From positions 16,152-80,151 of the forward strand of contig CAVWTX010000011.1 of assembly GCA_963758065.1 (NCBI GenBank): 64,000 bases of DNA, written 5' to 3'. Shown here piece after piece: positions 8,649 through 18,728 of this stretch (the first letter of the stretch is position 1; the number at the start of each line of letters is the position of its first letter). The notes beneath the pieces are model-generated. The model was not told the DNA's origin. It made no database searches and worked only from the letters and a program-made list of their open reading frames with translations. The position numbers were made by a program, and so were the translations under genes. This stretch comes from an uncultured Thermoleophilia bacterium. GTDB taxonomy: Bacteria > Actinomycetota > Thermoleophilia > Gaiellales > Gaiellaceae.

Positions 8649-10053
8649 ATGCCTCGGAACGACACAGGAGCGGCGGCTCGACGGCATCCGAGGAGGACGA
8701 GGAGATTCTGGCTCGTCGGGCTGCTCGTGGCTTCGGCGGTCGTTCTAGCCGCCACGTCCGGCGTCGGGCCGGCAACCGCAGCCAGCCAGACGTTCAAGCC
8801 CATTGCGGACTCGTACGTCAGTGACGCTCAGCGACAGGGCAACTTCGGAACCGAGACGAGGCTCAAGGTCGACGCCTCTCCGATCATGCGCGCCTACATT
8901 CGGTTCAACGTCCAGAACGTCAGCGGCGCGGTGACGAGTGCGACGCTGCGGCTGTATACGCGAAGCAGCTCGAACGTCGGCATCGAGGTCCGCGGCGTCA
9001 CGAGCTCGGGCTGGACGGAGACGGGGATCACCTACGCCAACGCGCCCGCGCCTTCGGCGACGGTCACGCGCACCTCAGGTCCTTTGACCTCCGACCAGTG
9101 GATCTCGCTCGACGTCACACCGCTCGTTGCCGGCAACGGCAATGTGAGCTTTGCGCTGACGACGACGTCGTCGGCTGTGTCGTCCTTCTCGAGCCGCGAG
9201 AACTCCACGCGAGCTCCTCAGCTCCTCGTCGTCACCGGGAGCGCTCCTCCGCCGCCTCCGCCGCCACCTTCCGGCGGCGATCCCGTGATCGCGGGGGCGG
9301 GCGACATCGCGACGTCGGGCGGCAAGCAGATGGCCACCGCTGCCGTGCTGAGCGCCATCAATCCCGCCGCGGTCTTCACGACCGGGGATAACGCCTACCC
9401 CGATGGAACCCTCGCCCAGTTCAACAGCAACTACGCGCCCTCGTGGGGGCAGTTCAAGTCGAAGACGTACCCCGTGCCGGGGAATCACGACTACCACGTG
9501 TCCGGTGCGAGCGGGTACTTCGGCTACTTCGGGTCTCGTGCGCCGGCGGCGTACTACGCGTGGAACATCGGCGCCTGGCGCATGTACTCCCTGAACTCCG
9601 AGATCGCGCACGACGCCGGCTCGGCCCAGATCAACTGGCTGAAGCAGGACCTGGCCAACAACCCCAAGCCATGCGTCGGCGCGATCTGGCACAAGCCGCT
9701 CTTCTCGAGCGGCATGCACGGCAATATCCCCGGCCAGCGCCCCTTCTGGGACGCGCTCTACGCCGCGAATGCCGACCTGATCATCGTCGGGCACGACCAC
9801 ACCTACGAGCGCTTCGCTCCCCAGACTCCAAGCGGTCAGCGTGACACCGCTCGAGGCATCCGCGAGTTCGTGGTCGGCACGGGCGGCGCGGCCACCTATG
9901 CGTTCACCACGATCCGGCCGAACTCGGAGGTGCGGAAGACCGGAGTGTTTGGGGTACTCAAGGTGACGCTGCGCGCGTCGAGCTACGAGCTGGAGGTTCG
10001 AGCCGATCGCTGGGCAGACGTTCGCCGAGAGCGGCTCACAGAGCTGTCACTAG
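8649..10053 (+). pseudogene. secreted DNRLRE/carbohydrate-binding-like domain plus calcineurin-type metallophosphoesterase, +1 frameshift near 3' end
   Basis: Signal peptide. GDNAYPDG, GNHDY, WHKPLFSS, VGHDHTYERF. At about 9996 the frame breaks: ...SSYELE then FEPIAGQTFAESGSQSCH* in the next frame, ending at 10053. Length becomes a multiple of 3 after removing 1 nt. The track ORF runs on to 10259 as junk. Confidence 0.8.
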
Positions 10054-10056
10054 CAT

Positions 10057-10752
10057 CTAGGCCGCGCTCTGCGACCTCACGTAGTCGATGTAGCCGCGCA
10101 CGTCCGCGACGGGTTGCGAGTACGCCTCGCCGAGCGTCTCCTCCATGCGGGTCATGTACTCCTCGGCCCAGGCGGGGAACTCGTAGTCGATCGCGCGCAG
10201 GAACTCGAGCGTCGCCGCGAAGCGCATGTCCGCGATCGAGGGCGCGTTTCCCCCGATGAAGTCCCTCTCGTCGAGGAACCACGCGCGATACACGTCGAGC
10301 GGCTTGGCGAGCGCGGCTTCCGCGTCCTTGCGAGCCTGCTCCTTGAGCTCGTCCGAGACGTCGGCCGTCGCGACCTCGCCCGGGTACTGCCCGAAGCCGA
10401 GCGCCGGATACGTCGCGCGCGCGAGCAGCGGATAGAGCGTGCCGATCAAGTAGAACATCGCGCTGTCGACCATCGCCCGCTCGCCCGGGTCCCGCGGATA
10501 GAACTGGTCGAGCCCGTGCTTGTTGCAGAGGTACTGCATGATCGCGCAGCTCTCCCAGAGCGCCCCCTTGGGCAGACCGTCCTCCTCGAGCAGCGGCGTG
10601 AGGTCGGCCGGGTCCTTCGCGAGGAACTCCGGGGTCGACTTCTTCCCCCACACGTCCTCCTCCTCGAAATCGAGGCCGGCGGCGCGCACGAAGATCCGGG
10701 TCGTGAGGTTGTTGACGCTCGGCTTGAGGATGCTCAGCGTGTTCGTGGCCAT
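10057..10752 (-). CDS. glutathione S-transferase family protein
   Basis: 231 aa. N-terminal thioredoxin-like part (LWESCAIMQYL) and helical C-terminal domain. Confidence 0.75.
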   Translation of the reverse strand: MATNTLSILKPSVNNLTTRIFVRAAGLDFEEEDVWGKKSTPEFLAKDPADLTPLLEEDGLPKGALWESCAIMQYLCNKHGLDQFYPRDPGERAMVDSAMFYLIGTLYPLLARATYPALGFGQYPGEVATADVSDELKEQARKDAEAALAKPLDVYRAWFLDERDFIGGNAPSIADMRFAATLEFLRAIDYEFPAWAEEYMTRMEETLGEAYSQPVADVRGYIDYVRSQSAA

Positions 10753-10767
10753 GTCTTCCTCCTTCCG

Positions 10768-11352
10768 TCAGCTGTACGGGTGTGCGGGAGAACGGTCGCT
10801 CGACAGCGATTCGCGTGAGCGCTGGACGAGCGCCTCGATCGCGTCCGCGAGGTGCTCCTGATCGATGTTGTAACCACCTCGCTCCTCGCGGATCTTGTGC
10901 GCCTCGAGCAGCACGTCGGCGTGCGTGTGCCCGTACGGCGGCTCGAAGCGATACGACGCGAGCTCGATCAGCAGGCCGAGTGGATCCTCGAAGTAGATCG
11001 AGTCCATGAAGCCGCGGTCCTTGACGCCGGAGTGCGAGATCCCGCGCTCGTCGAGGCGCTCCACGGCCTGGTGGAACACCGCCTGCGAGAGCGAGAACGC
11101 GAGGTGGTGGACGAAGCCGGGCTCCCTCGGTGTGGGCTTCGGGTCGGGCTCGCGCTCCTCGTTCGTGAAGACGGTGATGAGGCGCCCGTCGCCCGGATCG
11201 AAGTAGAGGTGGCTCTCGGACTCGTTGTCGAGGTTCGGCTGCTCGAAGACGAAGGGCATGCCGAGCACGCCCTCCCAGAAGTCGATCGCCGTCTGCCGGT
11301 CGGCTCCGTTGATCGTGATGTGGTGGACGCCCTGGCTCTGGAGCTTGCGCAC
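10768..11352 (-). CDS. VOC (glyoxalase/bleomycin resistance/extradiol dioxygenase) family protein
   Basis: VHHITINGADRQTAIDFWEGVLGM and a second half HHLAFSL...SIYFEDPLGLLIEL. I prefer the GTG at 11352 (3 nt after the upstream stop) over the track start at 11406. Confidence 0.75.
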   Translation of the reverse strand: MRKLQSQGVHHITINGADRQTAIDFWEGVLGMPFVFEQPNLDNESESHLYFDPGDGRLITVFTNEEREPDPKPTPREPGFVHHLAFSLSQAVFHQAVERLDERGISHSGVKDRGFMDSIYFEDPLGLLIELASYRFEPPYGHTHADVLLEAHKIREERGGYNIDQEHLADAIEALVQRSRESLSSDRSPAHPYS

Positions 11353-11354
11353 GG

Positions 11355-12656
11355 CTACCGCTCCACGAGCGTCGACTTGTACTCGCTCCGCTCGAGGCTT
11401 CCCCACGGAACGAGATCCACGCGCGCCTGCACCACGAGCACGTTGCGCAGTTTCTCACGGATCGCCTCGGCGAGCGCGGCATCCTGCGTCGCGCCACGGG
11501 CGAGCTCGACGAGTACCGGAAGCGGCGGCTCCTGCTTCACCCCCGCCGAGCGCGGCTTGACGAGGATGTGCCCGCTGACCCGCGGCGTGAACGCGCCCAC
11601 GACCTCGCGCACGGCAGAGGGGAAGACGTTGACTCCGCGGACGATGAGCATGTCGTCCGTCCGGCCCATGCAGCGCACGCGCGGGCCCGTGCGACCGCAG
11701 GGGCAGGGGCTCGTCCGGACCGCGACGTGATCGCGTGTGCGGAAGCGCAGGAGCGGCGCTGCGCGGTTCCGGAGATGGGTCAATACGAGCTCTCCGGAAG
11801 CGCCGTCCTCGAGCTCGAGCGCGTTCCCCGACTCCGGGTCGATCAGCTCGGCGTGGACGAAGCCCCGCGCGCCCAGGTGCATACCGTCCTTCGCCTCGCA
11901 CTCTCCCCAGAGCGAGATGCCGATGTCGCCGATGCCCATCGCCTCGGTGACCTGCGCGCCCCAGCCCTCCTCCAGCAGCGCGCGGAACGACGGCTCGCCG
12001 CCTCCCGGCTCGCCCGCGACGAGGACACGCTCGACGCTCGAGCGCCGGAGGTCGAAGCTGCGCTCGGCGGCTCTTTCGACCAGGTGGGCGGCGTATGACG
12101 GCGTCAGCACCGCGGCCTCGGGCTTCAGGACCTCGATCGCCGTCATCAGGCGCTCCGTGTTCCCGGTGCCGACGGGGATGTGGCACAGGCCGATGGAGTC
12201 GAACGAGGCGAGCGCCGCCCCTGCGACGAAGGGGCCCGCGTTGTAGGTCGTGACGATGCGCTGTCCCGCGACGATGCCCGAGGCCGAATAGCTGCGGGCG
12301 GAGCCGGTGATCCAGTCGTCGAGGTCGCCCGCCGTCAGCGGAATGTAGCTGGGTGTTCCCGTCGTGCCGCTCGTCGAGTAGATGCGAACGATCTCCGACG
12401 GAGCCGCGCAGAGATGCGTGCCGATGGGATTGTCGGGAGTGCACGTCGCCTTGAGCTCCTGCTTCTCGGTGAGCGGCAGCCGCGCGATGTCGGTCAGGCT
12501 TCCGGCCTTCTCCGCGGACGCGAACCCGGCCGCAGCCAGCTTCTCGCGGTAGAAGGCCGAGCGCTCGAAGAGGTATACGAGCTGGGCTCGGTAACTCGCG
12601 TCGTCGAGCGCGCGCTGCTCCTCCCAGGGGCGGGTCTCGACCTCGGGCGCGAGCAT
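11355..12656 (-). CDS. phenylacetate-CoA ligase (PaaK)/coenzyme F390 synthetase-like adenylate-forming enzyme
   Basis: YSTSGTTGTPSY AMP motif, GEPGG, MLIVRGVNVFP. ATG at 12656 overlaps the upstream stop by 1 nt. The N-terminal 270 aa of track ORF 11355..13472 is Arg-rich junk. Confidence 0.85.
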   Translation of the reverse strand: MLAPEVETRPWEEQRALDDASYRAQLVYLFERSAFYREKLAAAGFASAEKAGSLTDIARLPLTEKQELKATCTPDNPIGTHLCAAPSEIVRIYSTSGTTGTPSYIPLTAGDLDDWITGSARSYSASGIVAGQRIVTTYNAGPFVAGAALASFDSIGLCHIPVGTGNTERLMTAIEVLKPEAAVLTPSYAAHLVERAAERSFDLRRSSVERVLVAGEPGGGEPSFRALLEEGWGAQVTEAMGIGDIGISLWGECEAKDGMHLGARGFVHAELIDPESGNALELEDGASGELVLTHLRNRAAPLLRFRTRDHVAVRTSPCPCGRTGPRVRCMGRTDDMLIVRGVNVFPSAVREVVGAFTPRVSGHILVKPRSAGVKQEPPLPVLVELARGATQDAALAEAIREKLRNVLVVQARVDLVPWGSLERSEYKSTLVER

Positions 12657-13438
12657 CAGTCGGCAGTCGGCGGCGTGGGCTCGTATGCGATCGCGTCCTC
12701 TGCCTTTCCCGCCATGAGGAAGCCGACCGGATTCGCTCGCTCCTCGGCGAGATGGGCGAGCAGGCCGGCGGTGCGGGCGAGAATCGGCACCGCTTTCACG
12801 ACGTCGGCCGAGAAGCCGAGGTCGAGCATGACGGCCGCGATCGGCAGGGCGACGTTCATGGTCAGCGGCTTGCTCCACGTCTCCGCGGCGGCGCCGCGGA
12901 GCGAGCGGGCGAGCAGGACGTGCGGACCGCTCACGGCGCGGGCGTCGGCGAGCTCGAGAATTCGCTCGGCTCGGGGGTCGAGCGGCCGGTGCACCGGATG
13001 CCCGAACCCGGGCAGCTTGCCTCCGGCTGCGTGGACGGCCTGGGCAATGTCGCGAGCGACGGTCTCCGGAGCGGCCCCGGCGGCCACCCGCTGCTGCGCC
13101 TCCTCCAGCATCCGCGCACATTCCTCGGACGTGCCGAGGACGACCGGGCCGGCGCCGAGGATGCCCGCGGCGACGGCTCCCTGGAGCGACCCCGGATCGG
13201 CCGCGAGCGTCATCCGCGCGGCGACGTTCGTCGGCATCATCCCGTGCTCTGCGATCGCGACGAGGAGCAGGTCGAGGAAGAAGCGCTCGTCGTCGGTCGC
13301 CTCGCGGCCGGTGAGCAGCAGGTGGAAGTACTCCGTGAAGGTGAGCCGGCCCATGAGGTCGCCCGCGAGGTCGCGCCCACGCACCTCGACCCGGTCCGGA
13401 TACGCCTGGCTGATGTGGGTGACGGGATCGGCAGTCAT
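12656..13438 (-). CDS. citrate synthase-like short protein (citryl-CoA lyase-like)
   Basis: 260 aa. LPGFGHPVH motif of the citrate synthase family. The ATG overlaps the upstream stop as ATGA at 13435-13438. Confidence 0.7.
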   Translation of the reverse strand: MTADPVTHISQAYPDRVEVRGRDLAGDLMGRLTFTEYFHLLLTGREATDDERFFLDLLLVAIAEHGMMPTNVAARMTLAADPGSLQGAVAAGILGAGPVVLGTSEECARMLEEAQQRVAAGAAPETVARDIAQAVHAAGGKLPGFGHPVHRPLDPRAERILELADARAVSGPHVLLARSLRGAAAETWSKPLTMNVALPIAAVMLDLGFSADVVKAVPILARTAGLLAHLAEERANPVGFLMAGKAEDAIAYEPTPPTAD

Positions 13439-14482
13439 CGGCGGGCGAGTTCCTCGCTGACGACTCGCGCACCGTCGGCCAGCGAGCGGAGCTTGAGGAA
13501 CGCCAGCCTGCGGGTCAGGTACTTCATCCCACAGTCCGGCGCGGGGACGAGCCGCTCGGGCGGGAGGACGGTGAGAGCTCTGCGGATCCGGTCGGCGACG
13601 ACCTCGGGTGTCTCGGCCTCGCTCGAGCCGAGATCGAGCACGCCCAGCACGATCACCTTGTCGGAGACGTCGCGCAGGACGTTCGGGTCGAGGTTCGGCT
13701 GCGCCGCCTCGAGCGAGAGGTGGGTCGCCGCACAGTCGTTCAGCTCGGCGAGGAACGGGTAGCCCGGGAGCCGGTCGTGAACGATGTGCGCGTATCCGAA
13801 GCAGGTGTGGAGCACGGTCTCGCCCTCGATGCCGTCGAGCGCCCGGTTGATCGCCTCGAGCGCGTACTCCCGCGCCGGCTCGGGGCGCGCCTGGAGGTAC
13901 GGCTCGTCGATCTGGACGACGTCCGCGCCGGCTCGCCTTCAGGTCGTGGAGCTCCTCGTTGACTGCCTCCGCATACGCGAGAGCGAGGCTGCGGCCGTCG
14001 GCATAGTGGTCGTTCTGGGCCTGCTGGGTCATCGTGAAGGGCCCGGGGACGGTGATCTTGATCCTGCGATCCGTGATCGCGCGGAGGAACTCGACGTCCC
14101 GGACCTCGACGGGCCGGTTGCGGCGGACCGGGCCAACGACCCTGGGGACGGGGTTCTCGTGGCCCGTGCGATCGAGGGCGACGCCGGGCGTGTCCAGGTC
14201 GACGCCGTCGAGAGCCGTCGCGAAGCGATTGCTGTAGCTCTCCCTCCGCATCTCCCCGTCCGTGACGACGTCGATCCCTGCCAGCTCCATGTCTCGGACA
14301 GCGACGCGGGTCGCGTCGTCCTGCGCTTCCTCGAGAAACGGCTCCGGCACACGCCAGAGCTCATGCGCGCGTACGCGCGGCGGCAGCCGCTTTCCGAGGC
14401 GCTCTCGATCGATCAGCCAATCCGGCTGCGGATAGCTCCCGACGACCGTCGTGACGAGAGCCTCACGAGCCAGGACCGCCAC
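13435..14482 (-). pseudogene. cobalamin-independent methionine synthase (MetE C-terminal/UROD-like) family protein, frameshifted
   Basis: N-terminal part GSYPQPDWL...NEELHDLKA (frame of 12656..14482) continues as AGADVVQIDEPYLQARPE...HTCFGYAHIV (frame of 13435..13815). One extra base at about 13933. 1048 nt minus 1 is a multiple of 3. Confidence 0.8.
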
Positions 14483-14522
14483 CTTCCCGTGTCATTGCCA
14501 TTCGGTCATTCTCCCCGATGGT

Positions 14523-15563
14523 CTAGCTGATCCGGGCGCGGGCGATCCGCTCGGCCGCCGCGGCGGTCGTGATGCCCTCGTCGTCCGCGCGCGCGTAGAT
14601 CTTTGCGAGCGCCTCGCCGAGTCCGGCGTGCCGTGCCTCGACCTGGTTCGGAGTCCACCCGAGCCCTTCTGTCCCCCACGCGTACAGAACGCCGCCTGCG
14701 TTGATGACGAAGTCGGGCGCGTACAGGATGCCTGCCTCGCGCAGCCGCTCTGCGTCGTCGGGCTCGGCCAACTGGTTGTTCGCGCAACCCGCGACGATGC
14801 GGCACCGCAGGCGCGGGATGCTGTCCGCAGTGAGCGTCCCCCCGAGCGCGCACGGCGCGTAAACGTCGCACGCGGTCGTGAGGGCATCGTCCGGGACGAC
14901 GATCTCTGCGCCGATGTGCTCGGCGAGAGCCTCGGCACGGCTCGCGTCGATGTCGCTCACGAGGACGCGGGCACCGGCAGCGGCGAGCTGCTCGGCGAGC
15001 CGTTCTCCGACGTGACCGACTCCCTGGACGAGGATCGAGCGCCCGTCGAGCTCATCCGACCCGAACGCGTGCCGCACGCTCGCCCGGATCCCGTGAAACA
15101 CGCCGCGGGCGGTGTACGGGCCGGGGTCGCCGGAGCCTCCTCGCTCGACGCTGCGGCAGAAGACGTACGGCGTGCGCTCGCCGATGACGTCCATGTCGGC
15201 GACCGTCGTGTTCACGTCGGGGCCGGTGCGGTACGTGCCGCCAAGCGAGTCGACGAGCTCGCCGTAGGACAGGAGGAGGTCGCGGCGCTCGCCGTCGGAG
15301 AGCGGGCCCGGAATCGAGAGAACGGCCTTGCCCCCGCCGAACGGAACGTCGATTCCGGCCATCTTCAGCGTCATCGCTCCGGCCAGGCGCATCGCGTCCT
15401 CGAGGGCTTCTGCCGGCGTCGAGTACACCTTCATCCGCGTTCCTCCGCCGGCAGGCCCGCGGCGAGTCGAGTGAACGCAGATGAACATCCAGGTGCCGGT
15501 CGGTCGGTCGAAGCGAGTGACGACCTGCTCCCCATCCCAGGAACGGATGAGCTCCTCGAGCAC
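14523..15563 (-). CDS. Glu/Leu/Phe/Val dehydrogenase family enzyme (leucine/phenylalanine dehydrogenase-like)
   Basis: GGGTRM, KMAGIDVPFGGGKAV catalytic Lys region, VQGVGHVG NAD-binding site. GTG start at 15563. Confidence 0.88.
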   Translation of the reverse strand: MLEELIRSWDGEQVVTRFDRPTGTWMFICVHSTRRGPAGGGTRMKVYSTPAEALEDAMRLAGAMTLKMAGIDVPFGGGKAVLSIPGPLSDGERRDLLLSYGELVDSLGGTYRTGPDVNTTVADMDVIGERTPYVFCRSVERGGSGDPGPYTARGVFHGIRASVRHAFGSDELDGRSILVQGVGHVGERLAEQLAAAGARVLVSDIDASRAEALAEHIGAEIVVPDDALTTACDVYAPCALGGTLTADSIPRLRCRIVAGCANNQLAEPDDAERLREAGILYAPDFVINAGGVLYAWGTEGLGWTPNQVEARHAGLGEALAKIYARADDEGITTAAAAERIARARIS

Positions 15564-15797
15564 GGCCGTACGTTACTGGTGGTCGCTCCGGGAAGTACGC
15601 CACCCCCTCGCGCGGCTGCGAACGCATCGCATGCCGTCGTCCTCGGTCGGCCATATACCTTCAGGTATGCGGCCTCCCTGCGTGCTCGTGCCTGCTTGCT
15701 GGGCCTGCTCGGTTCTCGCCGGCGAACGGGCGCCGGACTCCCCGGAGAGACCACTGGCGGGGCGCAGACGAGCGGCTCGGCGATCGAAGGAAATGGC

Positions 15798-15831
15798 GGA
15801 AGGAGGGGGAGGCTGCCCTCCCCCTCCTTCC
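15798..15831 (-). terminator. strong stem-loop terminator downstream of the S8 protease gene
   Basis: Perfect 15-bp stem ggaaggagggggagg/cctccccctccttcc with loop ctgc, 19 nt after the stop at 15850. A T-containing tract (atttcctt) follows on the minus strand. Confidence 0.7.
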
Positions 15832-15849
15832 AGCGGTGATCCGCCGCCG

Positions 15850-17181
15850 TTAGCGCGACACTGCGCTCTCGGCGTTCACCATCCCCGCTCCGAAGAACGA
15901 GGTCTGCCCCGTGCCGCCAGTGCACTGGCGCGGGTCGCCGGCCGGCCAGTTGGCCGGACACGACATCGGAGTCGCCGAGGACTTGACCATCGCGGCGACT
16001 GCTCCCTGCGGCAGGCCAGGATGCACGTCACGGATCAGCGCCGCCACACCCGCGGCGTGCGGGGACGACATCGAGGTTCCGCTGATCCAGACGTATCGAC
16101 CGCCGCCGCTCGTAACGGTACGACCGACCGCATCGAGGGCCTCCCAGAGCCCCGAGGCGTCGGTGCTCGACCAACCGGCCAGGATACGACCGCGTCCGAA
16201 CACGCTCCCAGGCGTCTGGGGAGCGTCTCCGCCCGGAGCGGTGACGTCGACCGGGGAGCCGACGTTCGAGTAGCTCGCCAACGTGTTGACACCGGTCGCG
16301 GAGACGGTGACGACGCCCGGCAACTCCGCCGGCGTGACCAGGCAGTTGTTGTGCACCTCGCGGACGATTGCGCTACCAGGCGGCCAATCCGGACTGATCT
16401 CGTCGAGGTCGGGGTGGCCGAGGTCGTGCGCCTCGTTGCCCGCCGACGCGACGATCACGACACCGCGCTGCTGCGCGTACCGTGCCGCGTTGGCGAGATC
16501 GCGGAGGACCGCTCGCTGTCCGGCATCGTTCGCACAGAAGTACAGGAACGGGTCGGCGAACAGGCTGAGGTTCACGACGTCCAGCCGCTGGTCGCCGGCG
16601 TAGCGAAGGGCGGCCGCCACCGAGTCGGCGAAGCAGAAGCCGACGATCGTACAGGCCTTCAGCCCGACGATCGTTGCCTCTGGGGCGACGCCCGCGATGC
16701 CGATTCCGTTGACCCGACCGGCGATCGTGGTCGAGACGTGCGTGCCGTGACCCTGGAGATCCTGGACGGCTGCCTTGTTCGAGCAGTCGCCGTTGGCGAC
16801 CTCCTGTGGGTCGGCCGTCGGCGTCGTGCTGAAGATGAACGAGCACGAACGGGCGACGTCGATGGCACCGGCGAGATCCGGGTGGGTGAAGTCGACGCCA
16901 CCGTCGATCACTCCGACCTTCACGCCCTCACCGGTCGCCGTCTTCTGCGCGGCTGTGGCGTTGATGACTTCCATGTCCCACTGGCACGGCGACAGCGGCT
17001 CGGTTCCGCTGTTTGCCGGGTAGTCGAGAAGGCACTCCGCCCTGGCGGCTCCTTCAGAGAAAGCCGCGGTGCTCCCCGCCGCCGATTGGATAGCTACGAC
17101 GGACACCAGCGCTACCGCCACGACGACGAGCTGTCTGCCGGGGCGGCGCGCGGCAAGCAAACCGTATGCACGCTTGATCAT
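15850..17181 (-). CDS. secreted subtilisin-like serine protease (peptidase S8)
   Basis: Catalytic triad contexts GVIDGGVD, HGTHVSTTIAG, GTSMSSPHAAG. Signal peptide after the ATG at 17181, with SD AGGAGGGAG. Confidence 0.9.
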   Translation of the reverse strand: MIKRAYGLLAARRPGRQLVVVAVALVSVVAIQSAAGSTAAFSEGAARAECLLDYPANSGTEPLSPCQWDMEVINATAAQKTATGEGVKVGVIDGGVDFTHPDLAGAIDVARSCSFIFSTTPTADPQEVANGDCSNKAAVQDLQGHGTHVSTTIAGRVNGIGIAGVAPEATIVGLKACTIVGFCFADSVAAALRYAGDQRLDVVNLSLFADPFLYFCANDAGQRAVLRDLANAARYAQQRGVVIVASAGNEAHDLGHPDLDEISPDWPPGSAIVREVHNNCLVTPAELPGVVTVSATGVNTLASYSNVGSPVDVTAPGGDAPQTPGSVFGRGRILAGWSSTDASGLWEALDAVGRTVTSGGGRYVWISGTSMSSPHAAGVAALIRDVHPGLPQGAVAAMVKSSATPMSCPANWPAGDPRQCTGGTGQTSFFGAGMVNAESAVSR

Positions 17182-17271
17182 GCTCTCCCTCCTTTTCGTT
17201 TCGCGCCGGCGACGTTCTCCACCGACGCCTCTCCCCTGAGAGACGGGCGGCACCGTACACGAGACGAACAC

Positions 17272-18651
17272 CTAGCGCGGCAGGTGCAGGCCGAGGCGGC
17301 GGGGGAGCGAGGCGACGAAGCGCGTCGCGCTGCCCGGCTCCCGGCCCTCGTCCTCGGCGGCGTCCTTCGCCATGAGCGCGCGGCGGATGAGCGAGCCGCC
17401 CGCGTAGCGGAACGGCTCCGGGGGGAAGAGCTTGCGCTCGGGCTCGACGAGTGCGAGCGAGGTCCGTTCGTCGCGGCGGTCGAGCGCGAGCCGCGCGAGG
17501 ATCTCGCCGCCGAGGTACGACGGTCCGACGCCGTTTCCGGTGAAGCCGAAGCCGTGGTGAACTCGTCCGCGGCTGCCGAAGATCGGCAGATGGGTGGGGG
17601 AGACGTCGATCGGTCCGCCCCAGGCATGGGTCACAGCCCGACCGCGCACCTGCGGGAAGAAGCGCACGAGGGCCCGCTCCGTCTCGGCGATCACGTCGGG
17701 AGCGAGCTCGACGCGGTCGGATGGTCGTCCCCCATACCCCATCGCCCCGCCGCCCCAGCCGAAGACGATCCTGCCGTCGCGCGTCGTTCTCGTGTAGTGG
17801 ACGAGCGTACGGCTGTCGACGATCGCCTCGCCGCCCGTCCACCCGAGCTCCTCGAGCGCGTCCGGTACCGGCTCGGTGAGCACGATGTGGCTCGAAGCGA
17901 CCGCGAGCGAAAGCCGGTATCCCGGGAAGCCGGCCGCGGCCGAGTTGACTGCCAGCACGGCCGAGCCCGCCCGCACCCGCCCGGTGCGCGTCTCGACGCT
18001 TCCGTCACGCGCGAGCTGAACGACCTCGGTTCGCTCGTGGATGCGTACGCCCCGCTCGAGGAGCTTCGTTCGGAGGCCGAGCGCGAGCCGGGCGGGGTGC
18101 ACCGTGGCGTTCAGCCGGTACAGCGCGCCTCCGAGGAAGAGCGGCGAGTCGCAGCGCGCTCGAACCTCGTCGGCCGAGATAGAGACGACCTCGTCCGGTG
18201 CGCCGAGCCCGGCCACGGCGCTGACGGTTCCCTCCCAGGAGCCCATCTGCGACTCGGTCGTCGCGACCCTGAGCATCGGCGCCTCGCGGAACCACGCGTC
18301 TACGTCGTTCCTCTCACACCACGCGCCGATCCCGCGCACGGCGTCCTCCGAGGCGCGACAGACGGCGAGCGCCGCGGCGTCACCGGCGTTCTCGCGCAGC
18401 GTGGGGGCGTCGCCCCAGAGCGTCTCGCAGAAGCCGCCGTTGCGGCCGCTCGGCCCGTGCCCGCACACGGCCGCCTCGAGCACGACGACGTCGAGCTCGG
18501 GCTCGAGCTCGAGCAGCTGCCACGCGGTCCAGAGGCCGAGGTACCCACCTCCCACGATGACGACGTCTGTGACGGCATCCCCGCCGAGCGGACGCGTCGG
18601 CGTCACTTCACCGGCTTCCTCGAGCCACCAGCCGTGCCTCGTGTGCCGCAT
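17272..18651 (-). CDS. FAD-dependent oxidoreductase (DAO family)
   Basis: VVIVGGGYLGLWTAW dinucleotide-binding motif. 459 aa, intact. Confidence 0.8.
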   Translation of the reverse strand: MRHTRHGWWLEEAGEVTPTRPLGGDAVTDVVIVGGGYLGLWTAWQLLELEPELDVVVLEAAVCGHGPSGRNGGFCETLWGDAPTLRENAGDAAALAVCRASEDAVRGIGAWCERNDVDAWFREAPMLRVATTESQMGSWEGTVSAVAGLGAPDEVVSISADEVRARCDSPLFLGGALYRLNATVHPARLALGLRTKLLERGVRIHERTEVVQLARDGSVETRTGRVRAGSAVLAVNSAAAGFPGYRLSLAVASSHIVLTEPVPDALEELGWTGGEAIVDSRTLVHYTRTTRDGRIVFGWGGGAMGYGGRPSDRVELAPDVIAETERALVRFFPQVRGRAVTHAWGGPIDVSPTHLPIFGSRGRVHHGFGFTGNGVGPSYLGGEILARLALDRRDERTSLALVEPERKLFPPEPFRYAGGSLIRRALMAKDAAEDEGREPGSATRFVASLPRRLGLHLPR

Positions 18652-18696
18652 CAGCGCGCGCCGCTCATCGGAGCGGAAAGCCTAGTGTCACTTTCA

Positions 18697-18728
18697 GGGG
18701 TGGCGGACGGGATTCGAACCCGCGACCA
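18697..18728 (-). repeat. orphan copy of the tRNA-His 3' end (variable loop, T-arm, acceptor 3' strand); att-like direct repeat
   Basis: ggggtggcggacgggattcgaacccgcgacca is identical to 22761-22792 inside or just past tRNA-His. Upstream of it there is no D-arm, anticodon arm or matching 5' acceptor strand. Confidence 0.8.

Noticed and set aside
11355-14482. Track ORFs 11355..13472 (705 aa) and 12656..14482 (608 aa) as large fusion proteins
   Set aside because: Each consists of a junk N-terminal or middle segment plus one or two genuine domains. The true genes start at internal ATGs that overlap the preceding stops, and one join is created by the frameshift at about 13933.
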